From Geosiphon pyriformis uo1 (taxonomy: Eukaryota > Fungi > Glomeromycota), in assembly GCA_016748015.1 (NCBI GenBank), contig JAAOMT010000070.1, positions 364,761 through 428,760 of the forward strand: DNA of 64,000 nucleotides. The letters run 5' to 3'. Each line of letters starts with the position of its first letter. Position 1 is the first letter of the stretch. Below are positions 51,201 through 64,000 of the stretch, piece by piece. The notes below the pieces were generated by a model. That model was given only the letters and a program-made list of their open reading frames with translations. It had not been told where the DNA came from and searched no databases. The position numbers and the translations under genes are program-made.

Positions 51201-52438
51201 ATGGCGGATATTGTAAAACCACTTTGTGTGCCTTCTTCATACAAAGACCAACAGTATCAAGTAATGTCAACAACAAGTCGGGAATTAAGAATTTTAACTA
51301 CATTCATTTTCTACCTTTTCTTTGGCAAGACCACACTAATAAGGTTCTATTTAGGGCTCTAACACAGATCTTGAGAAAGACATGGCCACCAGTACCACCT
51401 TATATGTTGGCAACTTATCTTTTTATACAACGGAAGAGCAGATTTATGAGCTGTTCTCCAAGTGTGGCGAGATAAAAAGGATTATCATGGGCTTGGATAA
51501 ATTTCAGAAGACGCCTTGCGGCTTTTGTTTTGTAGAGTAAGTTTTTTTAAGATCTGGTCGGGCTAATTATAGAATTTTTTGAAGTAAAGCCTCGGCTGGT
51601 AATACACAAAATTTATCTTTGAATACGAATGTATATAGAAATTTTTGTTTTGACGAGAGGTGCTTACATGTTAGAAGAATAGAGAGTTTGTATATATTTA
51701 ATTGTCACTTTTTTTTAAAAAAAAAAGGGAAAGTTAAATATAATAACCTGGTCATCTTCTGCTACTTTATAACTGCAGATATTATCATCATCAAGATGCG
51801 TTGGATTGTATGAAATACATAAATACTACAAAACTCGATGAGCGTATAATTAGGACAGATTTAGATCCCGGATACAGAGATGGTCGCCAATATGGCCGTG
51901 GAAGATCTGGTGGTCAGGTAGACTAGGAAAGCCAATTTTCCAGGAACACAATTTTGCAATAGAATATTTCAAAACCTTGTAACGTTCAATATGTACAGGT
52001 ACGTGACGAATATCGTCAAGATTTTGATCAAGGACGTGGCGGTTGGGGCCATGTTCGTGCTAAACAGTTGGAAGCCGAACGCGCGCGCCGACAAAAAGAA
52101 GAGTATGAACCAATAACCACAATCCCGGCAGGAGCCGGAGAATATAAAGGCAAACGTGAGTATTTTATCTCAAATATTATTGCTTTTCCTAAATTTTAAA
52201 AATAATATTTCCATATTTCTACCCTTTGGGTTCTCAAGAAGCTGCATCTCAAAATAAACGTGAAAGGATTGATGAGGAAGATATAGAAATACAAGGACGC
52301 GAAAAAGTATACAATCTTCATTCTCGAATATTTTAAGATTTTTCAAGTTTACTATTGATATATATCATAAAAATTCAGAATCCGCGTTTCAGAGAAGATC
52401 ACTCAGATGATGAAGATGAGATGCAAACGGATATATAG
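51201..52438 (+). CDS. CBC2: Nuclear cap-binding protein subunit 2 (CBP20/NCBP2), multi-exon
   Basis: [48 protein letters not shown]; [31 protein letters not shown]; ends [19 protein letters not shown]. Confidence 0.97.
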
Positions 52439-53048
52439 GTAACTAGAAAATTTTATTCCGTTTTTTAATTTTGTATCATTTGCTATTAAACTTACATATT
52501 TTGAAGCAGCTATTTTACAAGATAAAAAGTTTTGTTCGAATATGTCGGATTCATTATCAAGAGCTAAGTAAAAGAAACTTATCTTTGAAGAATTTGTGCT
52601 ACCCACAACTTAGCTCATACCATTATTTTTTGTTCAAAAAATGATTTTTAGGTGATCTATTGAAAAAATAATTTGGAAATAAAATTCTAATTCTTATAGA
52701 TTATACGTGTTTTGGAAAGTCTCTAATGATAGTATTAAACAGGGAACTTTATTTTAATAATCAGGCTTTATTTGAGTCAATTTTGCTAAAATTATATTCA
52801 GATCTCATCAAGAAAAAAGATGTGTTTAAAAACGTTGAATTCTTCGTTCGTTGACGTATGTGGTGTTACCTAGCCTTGATTGGAGGGATTTGTCATTATA
52901 ATGGATTGTATTTTAAAGTGAATTATCAACTTTACAAGCCTTGAATCCGCCGGAAAACAGCGAAACAGGTTCTCCAGTGACTCTCTTTTAAACTTAAACT
53001 TCATTAGCGTACCAATTTAAATATCCGCACACCTGTCAAATAATCACT

Positions 53049-56000
53049 ATGGCGACCCCACCAAGAAAACCATTCAAGCCTCAACCCCCAAGGACTTTGG
53101 CTCGCTTGCACCGTACCAGCAACCTGGGTAGGCAAAAGCAAAAAACCACTTCCAAAAACATTACTGCTTGATTCCAAAAAGAACTAATTTTGCCTTCGAT
53201 GGGTTGCATTTCATAGGCTACCCGGATTATTATCCGCCACAGCCAGGCCAAGAAGAAGATTCAATGTCTGAAAGCAATGTACGTCAAGGATTCATCTATA
53301 CCCAATTGCTTCCAGATGAGTTGGCCACCCGTCATGATACCGTCCACGCCAATTTGCAAGGGGGCCGGGCCCTCCAGAATATGGGTGACTTCATGTTGGA
53401 TTTGCTTAAACGCAAGAGATACGAAGATGAATCTGATGTTGAAGAGTATTTATCGCGTTCTAATATCCATAATTAGAATGTTAAATTGATATTTCTGATA
53501 CGATAACATTTTTAAATTAGCTTCCAACCTGTAAACCCGAAGCGCTTCTGGACGGACGAGGGGCTGACCCAAGAGTGGTACAAAAAAAGTGACACAGCGG
53601 ACTTGTATGATTTAATCAAGGATGGAACCCCATACCTGTATGTTGATATCAATCGAATCTCTATCAAGCTCAGTTTTTACTTCATCTGAATCTGATACAT
53701 TCGATCATTACCTGAAGCAAACGTGGTGACAGTTTGCTTGAAAATTTATGTAAACGACGTCCCACATATATTCGTGCCCTCGATTTAATAAAATTGGCTG
53801 CCCAAATTGAAGTGGTATGTGAGACCTTTAAATGCTATGAGTACTTTTTTTTAACATGAGTTTATAATTAACTAACTTATTATTTCTTTGGGATGCAGGT
53901 AAACCAAGGGCAAGCAAACCAAGACTGGACGGTGACATGCTTTGAATTTCTTAAATTTCAAATTCGACTTTTGGAGCCTGACGAGTGGCGTTATTGGTAG
54001 CGTATAGAATCTTTTCAATTAAATAATTATTTAAATGCACGTTTTTGAGTCAAAACTCGTTTTGCATTCACTCTACCCTAGCGTTCAGTTGGCACGCTTT
54101 CAATATGAAGAAGGTTTAATTGATCAACGGTTTCTTAAGCTGACCCTCGATCACTTGCAAACGCTCTCCGATCACAGTTATATTGCAATATGGCTCTATC
54201 TCGTACTCGAATTCTTGTCAATATATACGGGATCCGGAACTTTAATGCGATTACTGATTGATTATTTATTAAAAAAAATCAAAGATGTAAGTTATATTTA
54301 AATTCTACTGTTGATTTTTTCAATCAGCAAAAATTTAATTTAGACGTTTTGATATATTGAAAACAATTTAGATACAAATTTCTAATCTTCCAATTCCTCC
54401 AAGTCATGATGGCAATCGCGCCAGCACTTTAGCCGCTACCACCGGTAACGCACAAACATCTGAACGTCTTGTATCCACGATAAAGAAAATCCTCTGGGTT
54501 AGTAGAATAAGGTGTTGAGCCTTTATTAAGCTGATATTGTTTTTCAATTAAAATTATATAATTGGGTATTTTTGATTCTAAAATTCCTTGACCCATAGGC
54601 AAGCTTCGTAACACTTCCGGACATGTTTGTGTTTCCAAAGCACTGGAACACTTACAAGGATATATTACATAATGTGCTATTTGAATCACGTTTGACTGAA
54701 GGAAATGAGCCAGAAGAGAGCGGGCATCCTAGTTTAGAAGCACAAGAAACATCAAAAATCTGGGAGAGAGTAAAATTGCGTAATGAATTCTTTGGAGATC
54801 CGAAGGAGGACCTTTCTATGTTCAAAAAATATCTTTCGTCTGAGCCTCGTGCTCATCTGTTTAGGGTAAGCATACATAGGTTAAAGTCTTTTCATCTAGT
54901 TAATTATGAAAGATTGAAACTTTCTTTGTTATTTCAGATTCTCGATAAAATGGATCACAGCATGAACCATTTTGAAATCCTTGACGAATATTTTCCCATT
55001 AAAACACCTTCCTTCCCGACCTCTGAGGCTAATATTTTATTACGCCTTCAAACACTTTGCCATTGGGCCGTCACTAATTATCGAGTCGGTAACCATAGAC
55101 CCTATGTAGCATGCACCCTCTTAGAAAAATGGAAAAACAGCGAAGATGACGAACAGGAAAGATTGAGGCGACAATTGTTTTTGCAAGATTCGTTGCTACA
55201 ATTTTTGGATGAATATAACTGCGGCACTTCTAGCGAAGGTTTTTCTTCCTCCAACCTTTTCAAACACACTTACGGATGATGATGAATCTTCATTTTGATT
55301 TTGCTGTTATTCGTCTATGATCTTTGACAAAAATTAGGATATCAAGTTGTAGCCCATCTTTTTGGAGAGCTCATACGATGTGGACATTTTTCCCCAACTA
55401 AATATATGCAAAGGCTTATATCGCGAGGTGACACAAATGATTCAAAACGAAGCGAAGAGGTTTTTTATCTTTTTACCCATCCGAAATAAATATCCCTCAA
55501 TAATTGACCATTTTTCCATCTATTGTATTGATCAAAATAGAGAACATTAAGACATCTCAAATATGTAAAATGTCTTCCCCTATATAATGGAACTCGATAT
55601 TTATATAATCAAAGGCGTTGGATTTTATATGGAGTTGGTGGTCAAGTACGTTCAACTCTTGGTGCTAATGATGTGTCTGATTTCCCATCTCCAGATTTTA
55701 ATCGATTTATCAACACTTATTGCACAAGGATAAAAATGAAGAGTTGACTTACGAAAATCTCCTCCATAAAATAATGGCAAAATTGCCACGTATATTTGGC
55801 GAAGGAGGTTTGTGGGTTCGAAATTATAAATATTGAGTCTTGAGAAACTTGAATCATTTTACCCTTTTTTTCCAAAAGCTGATAAATTAGATGCCCCTGT
55901 TCTTGATGATGCGATCGATGACTTTGAACTATCACTGCCGCTTGATCATGACACATGCGATCTCATCAAAAATACCACAAGATTCACTCAAATGCGGTTG

Positions 56001-59000
56001 ACACAAATGTGGCTCTTGCCCAGAGTTCGAGAGTTTATTCAGAAGGCGCCGTGTGTAATTCTTTATATCCACTTTTAGTGTTTTTCTCCCGGGATTATTG
56101 ACTATAACTTGGTAATATTTCCAGAATTGGAGAGCATAACTGGCGAATGCCTACTCAGCCAGGATCAACTTTGCTAAATGCTAGACAGTTTTCAACTATA
56201 ATCCAGGTGTTGGAGCATGCCCAAGATTTTTATGCACTGATCGAAGTAAGAAAAAGCATTGCTTGATATTATATAACGTATTGTTACGAGAATTTATCAT
56301 TCTGAAAATGATTAAATAGATATCATTATGGGTGTTAGAGAACACCATGGAGCGAAGTTTATTTCCCGTCATTGTGGATACTTTTTCACGCCATGAAATT
56401 ATGTGGGCTGCCATGGGCAAATCAATGGAGGTTTTCCGTGCTTTACAGAATAAGGTGCTGTTATTAATGAAAATAGATTCATTTTCTTCTCGACCTTTAC
56501 TTTGTTTTTTTTAATATCTATCTGTATTCTGGCATATAGCATGAATCTTTGCGTGAAAAGAGTGCTATCGAGAGAAGTATGGCTGAATATATATGTCATC
56601 TTTGTGGGATAACAAAGAATGAAATTGTGATACCGGGCCGGCAGTCTACCAATTTTTTCATCCATGACTTGACTGAAGAACAAAAAACTCAAGTAATTAA
56701 TTGTCTCAATTTTCATGGATATCTTACAATCATAAATTAAATTTAAATTCCTAAACAGTTAAATGAAGACATAGGCGCTCGATTAAAGGTTTATAAAATA
56801 ATATTTTATATTTTATATTGCTCTTATTCTTTAATCACAAGAAACACTTTTCCCTTTAGATATCTCTTTCTTCAGCAATTACTCGACATAAACAAAATCT
56901 CGGAAACGATCTCCTCCCTTTGATAACGCGTGCCGATGGATTTAGATCACCTTGCCCTTCTGATGGGCCTGGATGGTTGCATAGCGACAACCCCTCTGTA
57001 ATGCTTAATTCCTCGATCGAAATAATTCATCAATATTCAAAAGAATGCTCTGATTATCGAGAAATTCGACGGGTGATATTGATTTTTGGTGACATGCTTC
57101 GAGATATATACGATCGAACAAAAGATGGTCGAATCGATGTAGTTTTTAAGCATTGCATAGAGCGGCATGTCATAGAAAATGGAGTTTTGAAACACCACAA
57201 TACCAATTGGTTCTTACATTTTCTAGTGATTTTAATTGTACGAAGGCTCTTGTCGATCGATGTTTTGTTATCAGAGATAGTTGGTAGCTTTCAACGGTTG
57301 GTAAGCAAGATACTTAACGCCGAGGAATTAAACGAAATGGATATAGAGCAAGCAACGAATTTGACTTTATTAGTTAGCATGGTATTTGCTCAAAAGGGGG
57401 ATTATCGATCAGAGTATTTCGGTTTGTGTACCATGGTAAATATTTTACGAATTTCAATTAGCATTATTCTATTTTTTCACACTGAATTCAGTTATTGTTT
57501 TCTTGTCCAGGATATTCAAATGCTTCAAACCCATTGTGCTATCCTATCACATCCAACTTTGGCATTACTCTCGGGTATAATGCGTGATCTGGTCATAATT
57601 GAGTCGACCGTTGCAATGACTAGCCCGTTAATCGAACATATTCAAAAACTTCGGAAAAATCTAGCCAACGCTTTATGGTTTCGACGATTATGTGCCGCAT
57701 ATCCGGCTAAAGCTTATAATTACTTCGTCATTTCTTCGAGAGAAAGCTCCTTTAAAAGCACCGAAAAAAATATGGTAGATATGATGCTAATAGCTTTTGG
57801 GGATGTTCATGGCATGGGTATGTCACATAGATGGTTATATTTGGCCTTGGAGAAAAAAAGATTGACTTGACTTATTCGGAGATTTACGTTCTTTAGATCA
57901 TCATGTCACCACTCGGTCCTCAGCAGTATTTTTGGAATACCTGAAAGATATGTTTTCCCAAATTAATATGTGGAATATTCATCAGATCAGTGTTCAATTT
58001 CGATTATGCATGGATAGTATAATATTATCGAAAAAGTCGTTGATTCTGCCCGAGAATAGTACAACTGCCACAAATCTTGAGGGAGATATAATGATGACTG
58101 AGAGTATCTCTCGAGATGATGTAGAATCAGATGAGCCTAGTGTGGAACTAGCGGTTATCAAATACGTTTGGGAACAGGTTATAAACCAGCAACAGCTTGA
58201 CGCTCATTTCATCAAAGAAATAATTGATGGGATTCGAAAAGATGTGGCCCAAGAGGTATATAACTCAGCAAGTCGTTTCCGCTTGTCTTTTCTGAATATA
58301 AAATTTTCCTTTCTCCTAATAATTAGATGTTAACCTATGGAATGTCGGTCCTGAGTCGATGTGAGCCTTTAATGAACGGAATCGACCTTATCTTTCGTGT
58401 ATTGCTTAAAGCGGTAAATGACGAAGAAAAGGATATCAAATTGTGCGAGGCATTGCTCCGTCAAGTCAAGTCTCTATATGAAAAAAGTGAGGCAGAATTT
58501 CAATCGACGTAAGTTATTTTAATTGGATCCCTAAGATGTTGGAATTTCATTTTATTTAATCAATATAAAATTTTAAAAGTGTGATGGCTCGCATCCACCT
58601 CTTGATACCTCTTGTCGATCCTTTGCTTTCGCGTGTAGTTGCTGTGAAACCCGAGAAAATTATTTCGCATGAGATGTTTGAGAAGATTCGCGAGTGCCGA
58701 TTGATTGAACAATGGATTTTTATTTTAGTGCAATTACTCACAAGTAATCGTATTCACGAACCGGATAACGATCCCGCAAACTTTGAAGTTTTATTGGATT
58801 TGGTATCATTGTTATTAGATGGTCAGTAAAATACATGAGATTTTCAAAATCAACTTTTGCATAACTTCAATCCTACTTGTCTTTTGATAGAAATGGGCAC
58901 AAAGCCTAGAGTGATAGTAGCATCTGAGCTAAAGGTGAGGGATCTTTTATCAGCCCAAATCTTCTATTAGCTTTATCACATATTTAACTCTTCAACTCTC

Positions 59001-59261
59001 TAAATTAATCAGAAAGCCAACTTTGTCGTGCCTTCAATGGGGGAAGATCGCGTTCGACGTATCCTACCGCTTAGGCCTTGTCAACGACCATTTGGGGTTG
59101 ATGGTAAGACCATAGATCCGTGGAAGGTGACCGAATATGTCGGCAATAATAAAGTTTTGGGAAATGACACAAACACGTTATGGCCTGGTGCCAAAATATA
59201 TCGTCGCCCAAAGTCGAGGAAACCAAGATTAAATAGAAAGCTCTCGGACTCTTCCTCATAG
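53049..59261 (+). CDS. MED12: Mediator subunit 12 (Srb8), multi-exon
   Basis: N-terminus LGYPDYYPPQPGQEEDSMSESNVRQGF matches the Med12 kinase-module activation segment; later LARFQYEEGLIDQ, LCHWAVT..R.G.HRPY and LFGELIRCGHFSP; many GT-AG introns. Confidence 0.85.
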
Positions 59262-61410
59262 ACTGTTCAACATTTCATACACAACTGTAAATATGTAAAG
59301 CATGTAATATGGTATGTAAAAATTTTACATTTAGCCTACTTAGACAGAGCCTGTTTTAGTGTTTTTTTTAATAGTTGTTACATCTTTGCGTGTTGCTCAA
59401 ATAACTGAGCAAGATAAGATTGGCCTAAGTATATAATTTTAAAGTAATGCTTCCATCCTTGAATCAAATAGCCCAATTTCCCACTGATGTGAGATCATAC
59501 CTTTTTTTTTATAAAATGAAAGTTTAATCTTGGGTTGTGTCTTAAGCATTTATCCTCACACAAAAATGTGGGTATTTCGGCTAGTAAATTTGTGAAATCC
59601 TAATTGAATCATTTAAGCTAAAACAAGTCGATCCCGCATCATAAAAGAATTCGATCTTAATAGCCATAGAGAAAACTATAGAGAAGATCTGGCAAGAGGA
59701 AAAGTAGGAGTTTTCGTATTTGTTACCACATCGTTGTTTGGAAAGTTTGAGTGTATAAATCCTATATATCCGGATTTATTTAACGGGTCAAAGATCTTGA
59801 AAAGAATCCCATATATAGACAATTTTTTGATTCTTTTAATGTGATTATTTAACCAATATCGTGCTTCAAGGTCTGAAACCAAATTAACAAGTTATTAAAT
59901 TAAAACTATTTTTTCATAAACGCTATACATTTTTGCCTTGAGTTGTAATTTATTGAAATTCTTAAAATTGGGAAAATACTAGATAATAATATAAAAGTTG
60001 ATAACATATATTATATAATAATTTTTATACACAAAAGTATTAATCATAAAAATAAAATATTATTTAATTTATTTATGTAATTAATATTGTATTATATATA
60101 TTTTTCTTGTTTAAGCAAATATAATTCTTTTATTATTTATTTTTATAATACATTTGTATGTTTAAAGTAAATGTAAATCATATATAACTAGTTGTTTAAA
60201 TCAGTATTGTCAGAAGTGTTTTTATTTTTATTTTTATTTTTATTATTATTAATAATAATGTTTTTGTTAATATTAGTAATTAGAAAAAATTACAATTTAA
60301 ATTTTTGTTGTTTGAAATACAAAAATAATTATTAATTAATTCAAAAAAATAATAGTTATTTAAGATTTCGCAATTTAAATACAAAAATAAATATTGATTG
60401 ATTGTTTTTATAAAAAAATTAATTTTTGTTTTTAAATATTATAGTTATGATTTATAAATAAATAAATTTTTTTTACAAAACTTTGTAAACTATTTGTTAT
60501 ATATATATATATATGTATATTAACACTATTTTTTTTTTGTATTAAGAAAATATATCTTTAATTCTTGTATTAAAACTATTTTTTAAAGAATTATTAGGTT
60601 AAACTATTTTTTAATTAAAAAATTTAAAAGTTTAATTTTTAATTTTTTCTAAATTAAACAATTTATGCTTTTAATAATTATAAAAATAATTATTATAAAA
60701 TAATTAAAAATAAATTTATTTAATATAAAATATAAATAAAATGATTACTATTTAATTTATGATAAGTTAAAAATTACTATTAATGTATTGTAATATGTCT
60801 TAACTGACTTAAATGACTAATTACATATAAAAAATACATGAAATATAATTATAATTGGACTATACTTGGTTAAAACATAATAAAAAAATATATACATATA
60901 AATAAACTAATTAATTTATTAAAATTAATAATTTTTTTTATTGTTTAATAAAATGTAATCCAATTAATATTTACATAAAATTAAAACATTTTATAATTAT
61001 GTTTTATTTATATATAATTAATTATTTAAGTCAATTAAGACAATCTTACACATTAATAAATATCTAACTAATTAACAAATAGATTTAAAAAATAACTTAA
61101 ATATTTAATTTAAAAGTAATATTAATATTTAGACTATTATTACATAAAATTTTTGGTATTTTTAAATTTGGTATAATCTGTTTTTTTAATTATTATTTTT
61201 TTATAATTTGTTCTTATTTTTGTATTTAATAGTTATATTTTTTTGTACATAATCAAAAATAATTATACAAACTTCATAATTTTTAAAATCTTTAAAATAT
61301 TATATCAATTTTTTAACATAAATTTTTTAATTAAATTATATAAAACTGTTGTTATAAATAAATATGTTAGATTATGTTTCATAATTTAACAATTAATTTT
61401 AAAAACAAAA

Positions 61411-64000
61411 TAAAAACTTCTTTCTCTCATACATCCCAAATTCCCTGAAAAGCACAATTTTGAAAGAAGTTTTTTGTTTTTTCTACCTGTTTTATTTCAC
61501 TATTTCTTTTACACATAATCCATTTGTTGTGGATATGGAGGCTGTCTCTAGTAGCAGTTCATTAGGTTTGAAGGCCCTCTTGGGTGCTTTTTCTGGTCCT
61601 GCTGATGGCTTTTTTTCACAAAAGAAAAGGGTTTCTCTTTGCAATGTCAAGCATTCTGGTGTTAAAAGTGGTGTTTTTTTGGCCAAACCTTATTCTAATG
61701 AGAGCATGTATTCTGATATAAAAAGTGATTCTAATAGTAGTATTGTTGATAATGTCCTGGTCAGTAGTAGTGATAAGTCTTTTTTTGGTTCAGCTGCTAC
61801 TACTTCTAAGGCAAAAAGAGTTAAAAATGATTTGGTCTGTGGTTCTCCTCTTGGTTCTCTGGATTATGACATGGATGACAATGATAGTGGTTTTCTCCCT
61901 CCTCCTTTTGGTATTTCTTTGGAAAAAAAGTGGTTAGATCCCAAAATAGTCAAAACTCAGGTGGAAGTTGCTGTGAAAAAATTTTTTGCTCTGGATATTA
62001 ATTTTTTAGCTGTGAAAGGCAAATTGGCTACAGCCAAAACTCAGGTCATCAGAAAATTATTTTCGAAAATTAATGGTTTTGGGGAGGCCACTACCCCCTC
62101 AAAATTTGAAGGGATCATCAAATCTATCTTCACCTCAGAGATCAACATGGAAAAGGCTGTATTATTGGCCAGAGAAGAGGGGATCACCATAAACACCGAT
62201 CTTAAGAAACAAGGAATTTGTTCAGATCAGGCCGTAATAATAAAGGAAATTCTCATGAATACACCAAAGAGAATAATCATTGCAGCTCTTTTTGAGTTTG
62301 GTCAAGTAGTGTCAATCTGATTACAACTCATTGGGTTGTGGCAAAAAGCTGTGGTGAAGTTTGCCAAATCAAGTTAAGCAGATCTGTTGGCAGCTAAGTG
62401 GTCATTCTTGATCGGAAAAAATTCAGTGTGTGTGGCCAAAGCTGTGAGAGATTGTGAAACATGGGCATCAAGGAATCAGTTCAGAGCACTTTTGTTTACT
62501 TTGCTTGTAGATACAACTGTGCATGATCTTGGAAATTTTTTGGAAAAGGCTGGTAGAAAGACGTGTGTCATTAATTGGTCATTAGAAAGTGGCAATAGGA
62601 TTCACTGTGCTGTGGTTGGCTTTGAGTCTGACGAAATGTTGGAGTCGGCTTTTTGCATGGTTCCAATTCTTGGTAAAGTGAAGCTTTCTTGGACTAGATT
62701 GGGTTTTGTTCAATGTAATAGGTATGGGAAGCTTGGTTATTTGGTTTTGGAGTGTGATGCTGAGATTGCTTTCACTCCCAAGCCTCCAAAATCATTTATA
62801 AAGTGGGTCACTTTGGATGAGAATCGCCTCTAACTTGCTAAGTTGTACACAAAAAAGAGTGTTCCCATCTCTTGCCCAGCTGCCTTTGGTAGTAAATTGT
62901 GGGCTCAGGTTATTTCTTTTGTGTCTATGTTTTTTGGTCTTTCTGTTGGTTCTAATTTGAGTTTCTCTTCCTCTAATAGTCTGGGTTCTGGTGGTCTGCC
63001 TCCTTCTATTTTTTTGCTTAACTCTGCTTTGAATGAATGCTTGTCGTCTTTGGAACAATCTTTGGGGCTTCTGTCAGACCAAGTGTCATGTATACTAAAA
63101 TGCCTAAATGGTGCCAGGTTGGTGTTTTTGGTGCCTGTTTCAAATGAAATCTCTGCTATGTCTGTCTCTTAACCTCTTGCTTTAGTTCCGTTTGTGGTTG
63201 CAAATTCAAATTCCCTTTTTGATATGGTCTTGGATAGTCCAGATAGTCTTTCTAATATCCCTTTTCCTATTGCTACTGATGATCTGGTTCTTGGCTCGAG
63301 CAGTTCTAAGGTCTTAACTTCTAAGTTGGGCAGTCTTGAATCTAAATTTGTGGCTCTGGAAGTTTTGGTAAATTCTATTTTAGTGAGGTTTGATCAGTTG
63401 TTTGCTGGCTCAGAGTTGTCATTGTCTTTTAAGTCTCAATGAACAGTTTGGTTTGGAAAGTTGCAATGTGTAACGTTAGGAGAATGAACAATTCTGTAAA
63501 ACAGGATGATATTATTTGTTGGCATAAAAAAATGAACAATGTGATTTCAATTGTTACTGAAACTAAGTTGAAAGGTAAGATCCATTCTTGGATCATGAGC
63601 AAGTTTGATGGCATTCAGGTTTTTACTTCTGGTTTGGATTCTGGTCACCTGGGTTCCAGGGTTGTAATCATTATGAACAATTTTTTGGCTTGGCATGTAT
63701 ACAAGGTTTTGGATATTTCTGACTGGCTTCTTTCTCTCAGGCTCCTTTTCAAAAATAATTTTTCTGTGTCAGTTTTGGAGCTGTATGCTGGAGCTTCTCT
63801 GGCAGTTTGTTTCTCTCAGGCAGATAATGTTAATTCTCTAATTGCAAGGGCAGTAAATGAGTCCTCTTTCATTATCTTGGGTGGCAATTTCAATAAAAAT
63901 GGTTCTCACAAAAGTACAAGTTTCAAAAAGTGTTTTGATTTAGATTTGGTTAACTCCTTGAGTGGGAGCTCATATGAAAAGGAAGCTATGTGGAACAATT
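61411..64000 (+). mobile_element. LINE B: 5' UTR, ORF1 and start of ORF2 APE; runs off the window
   Basis: Homologous to LINE A (KKWLDPKIVKTQVEV, TQVIRKLFSKING; ORF2 MNSLVWKVAMCNVR, LGGNFN) with the same 5' terminus AACTTCTTTCTCTC. Confidence 0.93.

Noticed and set aside
59600-59890. Moderate-GC stretch with a 68-aa ORF downstream of MED12
   Set aside because: No recognisable protein or RNA motif, so a call cannot be supported.

Overview
Eukaryotic, intron-rich, very AT-rich fungal DNA. Gene style and TE families point to Glomeromycotina/Mucoromycota; this is an inference. About 1-44.6 kb is a nested transposon graveyard. It holds three Ty3/Gypsy LTR elements (gag-PR-Cys-rich domain-dUTPase-RT-RH plus a separately started integrase), a solo LTR, several LINEs with APE-RT-RNase H, and a DDE transposase relic, all eroded by C>T/G>A transitions. 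About 46.7-59.3 kb holds three conserved host genes: APC4 (-), CBC2/NCBP2 (+) and MED12/SRB8 (+). Another LINE starts at about 61.4 kb. The most striking unexplained element is a GC- and CpG-rich, apparently non-coding, hairpin-dense 1.2 kb segment at about 44.82-46.01 kb. It contains CCTAACCCTAACC (which includes the vertebrate telomerase template CTAACCCTAAC), lies behind CCAAT/TATA-like motifs and ends in possible P6.1 and H/ACA motifs. It is a candidate telomerase RNA gene with an internal duplication. All comparisons and folds were done by eye; no searches were run.
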